The notes: generated from the sequence alone by a model not told the origin. DNA of 64,000 nucleotides from Ascoidea asiatica JCM 7603 (GCA_001600695.1 BCKQ01000012.1:457312-521311); one strand, 5' to 3'. Shown: positions 35,335 to 46,266, numbered from the stretch's first letter. Numbers and translations: made by a program.

Positions 35335-37518
35335 ATGTTAAAGGAACAAATTAATATCAAAACAAACAGTGAAATAGTTTCAAATTTAATAAAAAATAAT
35401 ATGTATCAAAATAATAAACAAATTAATAATAATAATAATGACAAGAATCAGAATAATATTAAAACTATAAATATTTCTAAATTAAATTCAAATTTAATTA
35501 CTGATTTTAATAAAAATTCAAGAAATTTAAAATCTTTTGAACAATATAAAGAAATGTATAATGATTCAATACAGGATCCAATAAATTTTTATGAAAAACA
35601 AGCTATTGAAAATTTAACTTGGTTTAAAAAATTTGATTTAGTTAAATATCCAATTTCAAATAATAATAAAAATTCAGATGATATTCAAAATACTTCTTGG
35701 TTCTTAAATGGTAAATTAAATCCTTCTTATAATTGTATTGATAGACATTGTATTAAAAATCCAAATAAATTAGCTATAATTTATGAACCTGATGATCCTT
35801 TTGAAAAAAATAATTTAAAATTAAAATATACATATTCTGAATTATTAATTGAAGTTTCAAAATTATCTCAATTATTAATTTCTTTAAATATTAAAATAAA
35901 TGATATTATTACTATTTATTTACCAATGATTCCACAATTAATTATTTCAATTATGGCTATAAATAGAATTGGTGCTATTCATTCTGTAATTTTTGCAGGT
36001 TTTTCTTCAAATTATTTAAAAGAAAATTTAATTAATTCAAATTCAAAACTTATTATAACTTCTGATCAATGTAAAAGAAGTAATAGAATTATTGAAACAA
36101 AAAAAATTGTTGATAATGCAATTTTCAATAATTCAACAAATGTTAAAAATATTATTTTATTTCAAAGAACTGGAAATTTAAATATACCATTTAATAATAA
36201 AATTGATTTATGGTGGCATGAAGAAATTAAAAATTTTAATAATTATATACCTCCAGTTGAAATGGATAGTGAAGATTCTTTATTTTTATTATATACTTCT
36301 GGTTCAAGTGATAAACCAAAAGCTTTAATTCATTCAGTTGCAGGTTATTTATTAAATTGTATATTAACTTGTAAATATATGTTTGATTTATGTCCAGATG
36401 ATATTATATTTACAGCTGCTGATATTGGTTGGATCACAGGTCATTCATTTGTTTGTTATGGTCCATTATTAATTGGTGCAACTACAATTATTTATGAAGG
36501 TACTCCAACATTTCCAAATCAAAATAGATTATGGGAAATTATTGATAATTATAAAGTTAATCAATTTTATATTGCTCCAACTGCTTTAAGATTATTAAAA
36601 GGTTTATCTTATGGTGATGATTCAATTGATAAATTTAATTTAAATTCTTTAAGAACAATTGCAACTGTTGGTGAACCAATTGAATCAGATTTATGGTATT
36701 GGTATTTTAAAAAAATTGGAAAAAGTAAAATTTCAGTTTTAGATACCTATTGGCAAACAGAAACTGGTTCACCAATAATTGGTCCAATATCTGGAATAAC
36801 TCCATTGAAACCAGGTTCTTGTTCATTACCATTTTTTGGAGTAAAACTTGCAATTTTAGATCCTCAATCAGGTAAAGAATTACAAGGTAATAATGTTGAA
36901 GGAATTTTAACAGTTTCAAGTGCTTTTCCTTCAATTGCAAGAACTTTTTATAGAAATCATTTCAAATTCTTGGATACTTATTTTAACCAATTTCCAGGAT
37001 ATTTTTTCACAGGTGATGGAGCTTCTAGAGATAATGATGGTTATATTTGGATTTTAGGTAGAGTGGATGATGTTGTTAATATATCTGGACATAGATTATC
37101 AACTACTGAAATTGAATATGCAATTCTTAAATCTCCATTAGTATATGAAAATGTTTGTATTGGTACACCAAATTTAGTAACTGGTCAATCATTAATTTGT
37201 TTTGTTATTTTGAAAGATATAATGAGTGAAATCGACATTGAAGTTTATAAAAAAAATATAATCAGTCAAGTTCGAAAACAAATTGGAACATTAGCTAGTC
37301 CTTCAAAAGTTTTCATAGTTAAAGATTTACCTAGAACTAGAAGTGGTAAATTGTTAAGAAGAATTTTAAGAAAAATTGTAAATGGTGAAGAAAATCAAAT
37401 TGGAGATATTACTACTTTAACCAATCCAGAATGCATCGAAGATATAATTTACCTGGTCAGAGGATCAGATTCTCATAGACGAAGGTATAAAATCAAAAGC
37501 TCAAAGATTGAGAAATGA
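35335..37518 (+). CDS. Acetyl-CoA synthetase family (acetate-type pocket, variant P-loop)
   Basis: DIGWITGHS, TVGEP, DTYWQTETGS, GRVDDVVNISGHRLST, PRTRSGK; P-loop reads YTSGSSDKPKA. Confidence 0.9.
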   Translation: MLKEQINIKTNSEIVSNLIKNNMYQNNKQINNNNNDKNQNNIKTINISKLNSNLITDFNKNSRNLKSFEQYKEMYNDSIQDPINFYEKQAIENLTWFKKFDLVKYPISNNNKNSDDIQNTSWFLNGKLNPSYNCIDRHCIKNPNKLAIIYEPDDPFEKNNLKLKYTYSELLIEVSKLSQLLISLNIKINDIITIYLPMIPQLIISIMAINRIGAIHSVIFAGFSSNYLKENLINSNSKLIITSDQCKRSNRIIETKKIVDNAIFNNSTNVKNIILFQRTGNLNIPFNNKIDLWWHEEIKNFNNYIPPVEMDSEDSLFLLYTSGSSDKPKALIHSVAGYLLNCILTCKYMFDLCPDDIIFTAADIGWITGHSFVCYGPLLIGATTIIYEGTPTFPNQNRLWEIIDNYKVNQFYIAPTALRLLKGLSYGDDSIDKFNLNSLRTIATVGEPIESDLWYWYFKKIGKSKISVLDTYWQTETGSPIIGPISGITPLKPGSCSLPFFGVKLAILDPQSGKELQGNNVEGILTVSSAFPSIARTFYRNHFKFLDTYFNQFPGYFFTGDGASRDNDGYIWILGRVDDVVNISGHRLSTTEIEYAILKSPLVYENVCIGTPNLVTGQSLICFVILKDIMSEIDIEVYKKNIISQVRKQIGTLASPSKVFIVKDLPRTRSGKLLRRILRKIVNGEENQIGDITTLTNPECIEDIIYLVRGSDSHRRRYKIKSSKIEK

Positions 37519-37761
37519 AGAAAGTTCTGTATTTGCTTTCTTAAAAGATGAAAAAAAACAAATAAAAACATAAAAAAAAAGGTTGATTTTGGTTTTGCGG
37601 ATGTATTGCCGATAGCCGGTTCTTGAAGGTTATTGAACTTTGGTTCTCGACGCTGATTGGCTACTGAAAAGAATATTGTTTATTGGAATATAAATATATA
37701 TATAAATTAATTATGTTATGTGATGTTATGATACAGAATTATGATTGTAAGGAAGAGAATA

Positions 37762-39729
37762 TTAACAGAATAGAGCACCATATGTACCGAATATAGCCAA
37801 GATTGAATTGAATATAATTATGAAATAAAAGAATATTTTCTTTGAGAGTGAAAATTCATTGTAAAATAATTTTAAATGAAATGAGAAGGGTAGAATAATA
37901 CAAATTAAAAAACAAATTAAAGATCCTAATAATGCCATTAATTTTCCGAAATTTTTGAAAATTAGAGATAATAAAAACAATAATAAACATGAGATAAAAT
38001 TTGATAAAAGTGTAATGTTTTTATTATGTAGACTTAAAAATTTATTGAACATTCCTTGAAAAATTGTTAGTATTGGTTTAATAATTAAAGGACCTTTAGT
38101 TATTGGTAAAATAATCATTAAAAATATTAAAAAAATAGATAATTTTGAATGAGAACCATTATGTTTACCATTATTTTCATCTCTATTAATGATTGAATTT
38201 GTAATTAAATCTGAAATATCATTACCAAACATTAAATAACCAATAATTGCAATTAAAAAATCTAAGAAAAAAGTAAAAGAAAAAGAAATTATTGAACAAA
38301 TTTTAAAATTTTTAGGTTTTTTCATATCATTATAAATATGAGGAAATACAGCATGACCACCAAAAGGTGCTAATAATATTCCAATTGATAATAAAAGATC
38401 TTTATAAGAGTTTGGATAAATTATATTCAAGCTATCTTTTTCAGTAATATTGAGTGTAGTAATAATTTTAAGTAATGAAAAATTTTCCCAAAATTTTGAA
38501 GATATTGTAATTAAAATAACTGATAAAGAAGTTGAAATAATGGAAATGAAACTTAAGAATGATAAAATATTTAAAGGTAAAAAACTTAAGAGAAAAAAAA
38601 TAATTGAGATTAAAAGTTTATAAAATATTTTATTTAAAAGAAATTGATTATCATAATTTAAAAATACAATTAAAAATTTAAAAGAATCTGCAAATAAAAT
38701 AACTAAAGATAATAAAGCACCAAATAAATCAAAAATAAATATAAAAGTTATAAGATATTTTATAATTTTACCAAATGAAAAAAATGCTAAATCATCATAT
38801 GAATTAATTTTAATATTATAATTAGTATACAATTTATATTGAGATTTTATAATTAAATTTGCAGAATAATTAGTTATTATTGCAAAATATAATAATAATA
38901 TTGAACCTATTAATATTCCAGAAGATTTAAAAGCAAAAGGTAATGAATATAAACCAATTCCAACTAAAATATTAATTGAATTAAAAATAGTTTGAAAGTT
39001 TGAAGATTTATTTGATATTGTATTAATATTATTTTCAATTTTTGTAGGATCATTTGATTTTAAGTTTTCAATTTGATTATCATTAATAGAATTGAAATTA
39101 TTATTCTTATTATTACTAATATTTTTTTTTGATAATAGGTTTGAATGTTCAGTTATATTTTCGTTTATATTCTCATTTGAATTTTCTTCTATGAAATAGC
39201 TTGAGTAATTATTATTATTATTATTGTTATTATTATTTATAATTGGTATACTATAATTTGAAGAGTAATTTGAATCGATATGAGGATTGGAATGAAGATT
39301 GTTTTGAAAGTTTTCATTACCGGAAGTAGATATTGAAATATCTCCACTACTTTGATCAAAGACATCAGAATAATGAGATAAAATTCTTTGTAAAGATTCT
39401 GGATTTCTATCTAGAACTTCATTTCGGGAACTGTTAGGAAATTCCCTATCATTGACATCATTTATATTATTTATATTATTTGTACCAACTTTATTATTAA
39501 AAGTATCTTTATGTGAGTTAAGTAAAACATCATTAAAATCTATTTTATTTATACTGAAACTTTGAGCTCGTTGATAAGAAGAAGCAAAATTCTGTATTGA
39601 GTCTTTAATTGAGGATCTTCTCTTTGGAATTAATCTTCCTGGAGATGTTGAATTTTGAGTATTATTTATACAGTTTTCAATATCTTCATTTTCATTGTAT
39701 GGGGTGTTATTGCCAGTGGTATGAATCAT
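37762..39729 (-). CDS. AVT1: Vacuolar amino-acid transporter, Avt1-like (AAAP family)
   Basis: First ATG at 39729 (the track uses an upstream TTG). SIQNFASSYQRAQSF, QTIFNSINILVGIGLYSLP, APFGGHAVFPHIYNDMKKP, many TM helices. Confidence 0.85.
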   Translation of the reverse strand: MIHTTGNNTPYNENEDIENCINNTQNSTSPGRLIPKRRSSIKDSIQNFASSYQRAQSFSINKIDFNDVLLNSHKDTFNNKVGTNNINNINDVNDREFPNSSRNEVLDRNPESLQRILSHYSDVFDQSSGDISISTSGNENFQNNLHSNPHIDSNYSSNYSIPIINNNNNNNNNNYSSYFIEENSNENINENITEHSNLLSKKNISNNKNNNFNSINDNQIENLKSNDPTKIENNINTISNKSSNFQTIFNSINILVGIGLYSLPFAFKSSGILIGSILLLYFAIITNYSANLIIKSQYKLYTNYNIKINSYDDLAFFSFGKIIKYLITFIFIFDLFGALLSLVILFADSFKFLIVFLNYDNQFLLNKIFYKLLISIIFFLLSFLPLNILSFLSFISIISTSLSVILITISSKFWENFSLLKIITTLNITEKDSLNIIYPNSYKDLLLSIGILLAPFGGHAVFPHIYNDMKKPKNFKICSIISFSFTFFLDFLIAIIGYLMFGNDISDLITNSIINRDENNGKHNGSHSKLSIFLIFLMIILPITKGPLIIKPILTIFQGMFNKFLSLHNKNITLLSNFISCLLLFLLSLIFKNFGKLMALLGSLICFLICIILPFSFHLKLFYNEFSLSKKIFFYFIIIFNSILAIFGTYGALFC

Positions 39730-40409
39730 TTCGTCGTTATTGAATAGGTTTTTACTTATACATTTATCTGAATAAGAAATATATTGATTATAAAAAAACA
39801 AAGTCAAAAATAAAGCTTTATTTGAAGAGAGAAAACAGCAGCAAAAAAAACCATCGAAAAAACAACAAAATATAAAAAAACAAGAAAAACAGAAGTAAAA
39901 ATTGAAATAAATAAAATTGAGAAGCCGCCAGCAAGAGAACCGTCACATTGGTTTCAGGAGAGGAAAGACCAGTTTTGTGGGTAACCTGGAGAGCAACAAG
40001 AATAAAAACTAGAAAATACAAAAAAAAGCTCACTCTCAGGTTCAAACTAAGGACCAACAGATTTGCAATTAGAATTGCCATTTTTGTTGTAATTTTCAAA
40101 AAACAAGATGCTGTCTATCAATTTTTGAGTCTCTATTAAAAAATCTCTTGAAACTCTCCAACTTCTAGAAATTTGAACAAAAGAGAATAAAGAATCAAAA
40201 AACTAAACAAGAAAAATTAGTGATAGAGTAAATTATTATGAATTTTGGAAAACTTATTGAATTGATGTTAGCATTTTAGTCAGAATTTGAAAAACAAAAG
40301 TTTAGATTTGAGAATAATATCAATTTGTATAACCATTATGCGTTTGATAGAAAATTCTATAGAGTAATAAATGTGTTAATTAGATATATTTATTATAAAG
40401 CTGAGTAAA

Positions 40410-42515
40410 CTAAACTCTTGATTGTTTTACAGCATCGAAGATATTCTGAATAACCAATGGATCCTGAACTGCACTAATATCTCCTAAATCATTTTCATCT
40501 CCGAGTAAAATCTTTCTCAATAATCTTCTGACAGTTTTTCCAGTTCTTGTTTTTGGTAGCTCTTTGACAATGAAAACCTCTTTAGGAGCAGCAAATGCTC
40601 CAATTTCATTTCGAACTTGACAAATTACACCTTTTTTAATTTCTTCTGGCAATAACTCATTTCCATCTTCATTATTACTACTATCATCTCTTAGAACCAC
40701 AAATACAGATACAGATTCTCCTGTAAGTTTATTAGGTTTAGAAACTGCTGCACTATCAACAACATATTTATAATGTAAAACTGATCCTTCAATTTCAACA
40801 GTTGATACCCTATGTCCAGAAACATTTACAACATCATCAAGTCTACCCAATAAATATATATATCCATCTTTATCTCTGGAAGCTGCATCTCCTGTGAAAT
40901 AATATCCTGGAAATGGTTTTAAATATGTCTCCAAATATCTTTCTCTATCTCCCCAAATACCTCGAATCATTCCAGGCCACTCATTTTTAAAACATAATGC
41001 ACCTTCAACATCATCACCTTCTATTTCTTCTCCTGTTTGAGGATCTAAAATTGCAACTGAAACTCCTAAAACTGGAAAACCTGATGAACTTGCCTTCATA
41101 GGTGTCACTCCACTTATAGGAGCAATCATTATACTACAAGTTTCTGTCTGAGCATAAGAATCTTGAATAGTAATTTCTGTTTTACCAAAATTATAATAAC
41201 ACCATTTCCAATCTTCAATTGTACTAGGTTCACCTCCACAAAGAAATGATCTAATTGATTTTAAATCAAATCTATTAATTAATTCATCTCCAAACTTATT
41301 TAACATTCTAATTCCAGTTGGTCCTAATAAAGTATGAGTTACTTTCCATTTTTCTAAAATTTCATAAAATCTATGTTCATATGGGAAAAATGGTATACCT
41401 TCAAAAATAACTGTTGAACATCCTGTTAATAATGGTCCATAAGTTCCAAATGTATGACCTGCAATCCATCCTATATCTCCTAAACAAAATATAACATCAT
41501 TTTCATTTTCATCCCATGTATATTTTGAATTCATTACTGAACTTAATAAACTTCCTGCAGTTGAATGAATTACACCTTTTGGTTTACCAGTAGATCCTGA
41601 AGTATATAATACATATAATGGATCTTCACTATTCATTTCAACAGGTTTAATATATTTATCATATAATGGAACATTTTCATCCCACCAAAAATCACGTCCT
41701 TTAGTCATTGATGTATCTTTTGAACCAGTATTTCTGTAAACAATAATATTTTTTACACTTTCACAATCTTTTTTAATTGCATCATCAATAATTTTTTTTA
41801 ATTTAATCGTTTTTTTTCCACGAATTAATTCATCAGAAGTTATAATAATTTTAGATTTAACATCAGATATTCTATCTCTAACAGATAAATAAGAAAATCC
41901 TGCAAATATACAACAATGAATTGCACCAATTCTATTAACTGCCATACAAGAAATTATTGCTTCTAAATTCATTGGCATATAAATACAAACTGTATCACCT
42001 TTTTTAATACCTAGATTAATTAAAAAATTACTTAATTGACAAGTTTGTTCCAAAAATTCTTTATAAGTTAAAATTTTAGAATTATTTGGTAAATTTCCTT
42101 CGAATATTAAAGCAGCTTTATTTGGATTTTTTATTGCATGTCTATCAATACAATTATAAGAAGCATTAATTTTACCATTTGTAAACCAATTATATTCTAA
42201 TTTTGAAATATAGTCTTGATCATTATTATTGAATTGATTTGAATTAGATGAAATTAAATTTTTATAAATTTTTGGTTCTTTAACTTTATCAAAATTTTTA
42301 AACCAAGTTAAATGTTTTAAAGCCATTTCTTTATAAAATTCATCAGAATTATTTATTGAATGATTATATAATTTATAAAATTCATTCATTGATTTTATTA
42401 AAGGTTTACCAGTATGTCTTTTGAAATATTCTTTACTTGGTTTAATCGGTTTTGATAAATCATGTTCAATAAAATTTTGATCATGCCTTGGATTTGAAAT
42501 TTGTATATTCTTCAT
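40410..42515 (-). CDS. Acetyl-CoA-synthetase paralog with altered acyl pocket (acyl-CoA synthetase)
   Basis: YTSGSTGKPKG, GRLDDVVNVSGHR and PKTRTGK intact; pocket motifs changed to GWIAGH, CGGEP and DSYAQTE. Confidence 0.9.
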   Translation of the reverse strand: MKNIQISNPRHDQNFIEHDLSKPIKPSKEYFKRHTGKPLIKSMNEFYKLYNHSINNSDEFYKEMALKHLTWFKNFDKVKEPKIYKNLISSNSNQFNNNDQDYISKLEYNWFTNGKINASYNCIDRHAIKNPNKAALIFEGNLPNNSKILTYKEFLEQTCQLSNFLINLGIKKGDTVCIYMPMNLEAIISCMAVNRIGAIHCCIFAGFSYLSVRDRISDVKSKIIITSDELIRGKKTIKLKKIIDDAIKKDCESVKNIIVYRNTGSKDTSMTKGRDFWWDENVPLYDKYIKPVEMNSEDPLYVLYTSGSTGKPKGVIHSTAGSLLSSVMNSKYTWDENENDVIFCLGDIGWIAGHTFGTYGPLLTGCSTVIFEGIPFFPYEHRFYEILEKWKVTHTLLGPTGIRMLNKFGDELINRFDLKSIRSFLCGGEPSTIEDWKWCYYNFGKTEITIQDSYAQTETCSIMIAPISGVTPMKASSSGFPVLGVSVAILDPQTGEEIEGDDVEGALCFKNEWPGMIRGIWGDRERYLETYLKPFPGYYFTGDAASRDKDGYIYLLGRLDDVVNVSGHRVSTVEIEGSVLHYKYVVDSAAVSKPNKLTGESVSVFVVLRDDSSNNEDGNELLPEEIKKGVICQVRNEIGAFAAPKEVFIVKELPKTRTGKTVRRLLRKILLGDENDLGDISAVQDPLVIQNIFDAVKQSRV

Positions 42516-43794
42516 GATTGAGTTTGAATTTTGATAAATAATTTTCTTATTTTTGCTTTGATTGAATGATGAGATAGATAGATATAATTATGAGAATGAA
42601 AATAGATACAAAAATAAACAATAAATAATAAACAATAAATAATAAATAATAAACAATAAAATAAAAAATATAATAAAACTAAAAAAAAAACAAAAGTTTG
42701 CAAATCATTTAGTTTTTATATTAATTAAAAAAAACCAAAATGGTTTAATTATTGAAATAGATAGTTAAATAAGAGATATGAGATGATTAAAATAAAGTTT
42801 ATCTTAATTAAATATGGATAGACATATGAAAGGCATACTAGTGGATAAACGATTTAGGGGATAAAACATATTTTATTTTAGTATATTTTGAAAGAAAGGT
42901 AGTAATAAATCATTTCAAAAGAGACTTAAATTTTTTGTCGTAGTCTTTATCATATCGGAATTTGATTGAAATGTTTGAAATGTATAAAATAATTGAAATT
43001 ATGGAGTTGATTGAGTTAAATTTAATAATTATTTGAAAGATTAGTAAGAAAAATTATTTGATAAAATTTATTTGAGTTTATTTGTTTATTTGTTTAAATA
43101 AAAGAAGTCATAAGAAAATATTTGACTCAGAAGTTTTTAATAATTGAACGAAGTTAAAGAAAGTATATGATTAATAAAAAAACGATTGGTTATTGAACTG
43201 TTCAATTAATTTGTCTCGATAATTATGGGACATATTGAAGATAGTGAAGAAAAAGATAAGATGATGATTGAATAGAAATACTTGACTGCATATTGAATTA
43301 ATCTTTAAAAAGAACAGTTAGACTCTGAATTTATTATATTAATGAATACATATTGATTCATGTATTAGAATCAAAATAATTTGGAAGTTATTATAATTTG
43401 AGTAACAAAACAACCGATTCACATAAGCAGATATCCGAAGACACAAATTTTTATTGGATAATAGTTATTAGATAATAGTTATTAGATAATAGTTATTAGA
43501 GATTTGATATTGGTTAATTTAAATATGAAAGTAGTATTTAAAAAGAAGGTTTATTTCATTTATTTGAGTAACCTTTCAGAAGTTAAAGTGCAATTAAATT
43601 CATATTTTATTTTTGATATATTTTTATAATCATCAGTGAATTGCAGCTTCAGAAATTAGAAAAGAAAATAAGCACAGCTGGAGTCACATATAAACAATGC
43701 CCTGTGAAATCAATACGTTTTGAGTAAACATAGTAAAGGAAGTTTCCGTTTGGCTCAAGGGAAGTGAAAATAGATAAGCAGCAGACAGAGAGCA

Positions 43795-43806
43795 CCCCGC
43801 ATTCAA
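43795..43806 (-). promoter_or_regulatory. Candidate Mig1/CreA carbon-repression site in the ACS-like/pectate lyase divergent promoter
   Basis: Minus strand TTGAATGCGGGG (AT box + GCGGGG) inside a GC-rich island at ~43670-44070. Confidence 0.4.
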
Positions 43807-44937
43807 TGGAACTCTGCTCGGATCTCCAACGGCAGGGAAGTTCTCGGCTAAGTTGAATGCCAGCCCAGACGCCACCCTCAAGAGCACGTGCTTTGTGACA
43901 GTTGCATTGCGTAAGCACTGACGTAAGCAAGTTAACCCCCTTTGCCACACCCCGTAACAGGGTTTCATATAATTTGAGACCATAATCATGGAGCTGCTCT
44001 GGTTCTGCCCAAGCGATACGTGAGACAAAGACAAATTCAGTTTGACAAGAGAATTTTGGTGAGTGAGCAAATCAAGCTTTAGATACCTTTGATAAATATT
44101 ATCAACTTGGCAAACTTGGCAATAAGCACCCTTTTTTTTTTTGCTTTCTATCTAGCTTAAGATATGAATCGGAAACTATTGTCATAACTGTTATTGAAAC
44201 ACGTTGAGCCCACTTATTGCTTAATTTCTTAAAAAAGCTTTTTTTTCAATCAATTGATTTTTGAAAGGGTTGACTTATTCTAAAAAAATTGTATAAATAT
44301 GTATTAAAGTTCGTAAATTTTACTTGTTTCAATCAATTTATTGAATTTAGTATTCACCTTATTTATGTTATTATTTTTAAAATCTTTTTTCATTATCTAA
44401 TTTACTTTTTTTTATCTATATTAAAAGTTATGGAGAATTTCATAGATATGATCATCGCATATTTAATTCCAACAACAGATTTATGTTAGAGATTGAGTAT
44501 ACTTTTAATTTAAAACTATACAGAATGATATTCTTTTTCCTTAACAACCGTTTTTTCAAAATGTGAAATTATCTATTGATATCAAATTTCAATTTGTTTT
44601 TTTCTTTCAAATTTATTTCTAGAAAATGTAAATATAAAAAGCTTTATGTTTTCCATAAACAATTCAATTAAATGTAAAATATTTAAAATAAATTATCAAA
44701 TTATCAAATTATTAAATTATTTTATATTACTATATTATTATATCATTAGTATAAAATTTAAATCTTGAATTAATAGCTGCTTATATTTTTATTATATTTT
44801 AGTATATTTATTCATTCAGATAAACTAGTCATTCCTTCAAAACAATTTTAATTCTCACAAATCCTTATTTTTATTCTTCGGAAATAGCAAAAAAAAACAA
44901 AACAAAACAAAACAATTCTCGTTAAATTTCTAAATCA

Positions 44938-45942
44938 ATGATTTTCGCTTCTGTTGCTAAAACATTATTTGCTACTTTTATTGCATCTAATTTTATTAAA
45001 ACTTCAGCTATTCCAGTTGATAATGAAGCTTCTGAATTAGCTAAAAGATATGAACAAGAATTATTAGCTAAAAGATCTGATGATTCTGCTTTTGGAATGG
45101 CTTCCTTAAATGGTGGTACAACTGGTGGTACTGGTGGTACTACTGTTGAAGTTAGTACTTTATCTGATTTACAAACTTATGCTGCTAAATCTGGTAAATA
45201 TATAATTTATATCACTTCTGATATTACTGGTGATGATGTTGTTAAAGTTTCTTCAGATAAATCAATTTTAGGTAAATCTTCTGGTATTACTTTAACTGGT
45301 GTTGGTTTAAGAGTTTTAAAAGCTTCTAATGTTATTATTAGAAATATTGCTGTTGCAAAAGTTTTAGCTCCAACTGATGCAATTGCTGTTCAACAATCAA
45401 ATAATGTTTGGATTGATCATTGTGATATGTCTTCAGATCAAGATCATGGTAAAGATTATTATGATGGACTTATGGATATAACTCATGGTTCTGATTGGAT
45501 TACTGTTTCAAATTGTTATTTACATGATCATGAAAAATCTTCTTTAGTTGGTCATTCTGGTAATAATGGTGCTCAAGATTCTGGTCATTTAACTGTTACT
45601 TATGCTTATAACTACTTTAAGCAATTGAACTCAAGAGGTCCAAGTTTAAGATTTGGTACTGCACATATTTATAACAATTATTACTTAAATATGAATACCT
45701 GTATTAATGTTAGAAAAGGTGCTTCTGCTTTAGTTCAAAATAATGTCTTTTCCTCCACAAATAAACCATTATATTCTGTTGATGGTACTGGAAAAGCTGA
45801 AGCTTCTAGTAATGATTACGGTAATGCCACTGCTGTTATTGATTCTACTACAGTTTCTCTCAATTATACATACACACTAAAAGATACATCTGATGTAGCT
45901 TCTTATGTTGAAAGTAATGCCGGAGCAAACTTATCATTTTAA
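44938..45942 (+). CDS. plyA: Secreted pectate lyase, polysaccharide lyase family 1 (PlyA/PelA-like)
   Basis: Signal peptide plus KR propeptide; AFGMASLNGGTTGG, NVIIRN, DAI, VWIDH, DYYDGLMDITHGSD, K-SLVGHS, SRGPSLRFG (catalytic RxPxxR). Confidence 0.95.
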   Translation: MIFASVAKTLFATFIASNFIKTSAIPVDNEASELAKRYEQELLAKRSDDSAFGMASLNGGTTGGTGGTTVEVSTLSDLQTYAAKSGKYIIYITSDITGDDVVKVSSDKSILGKSSGITLTGVGLRVLKASNVIIRNIAVAKVLAPTDAIAVQQSNNVWIDHCDMSSDQDHGKDYYDGLMDITHGSDWITVSNCYLHDHEKSSLVGHSGNNGAQDSGHLTVTYAYNYFKQLNSRGPSLRFGTAHIYNNYYLNMNTCINVRKGASALVQNNVFSSTNKPLYSVDGTGKAEASSNDYGNATAVIDSTTVSLNYTYTLKDTSDVASYVESNAGANLSF

Positions 45943-46266
45943 ATAAATTTAGTCACAATTAGTTTATAGAATCAAATCAAAACACCATAGTACTATTTAA
46001 CTATTTCACTTACTAATTAGCAACATATTAGAAAACAACTCTTTTACACTGTAGTTCCAAGATTGAATTTTTGAATCCAGCAACAGTTTGTTCGGTATCT
46101 ACTCTAACAAAAGCGCTATATACTTGGAATACTGTACACCCCAAAGTTATACTTAGCAATTTGTTTTTACTAAAACAACTACACTTTTCTGCAGCGTGCC
46201 GCTAGCCAAGCCGTCCACTGCAAAACCGCTTTTACAAAACCGTCCAGTATCCATAGTTCCATCCGC

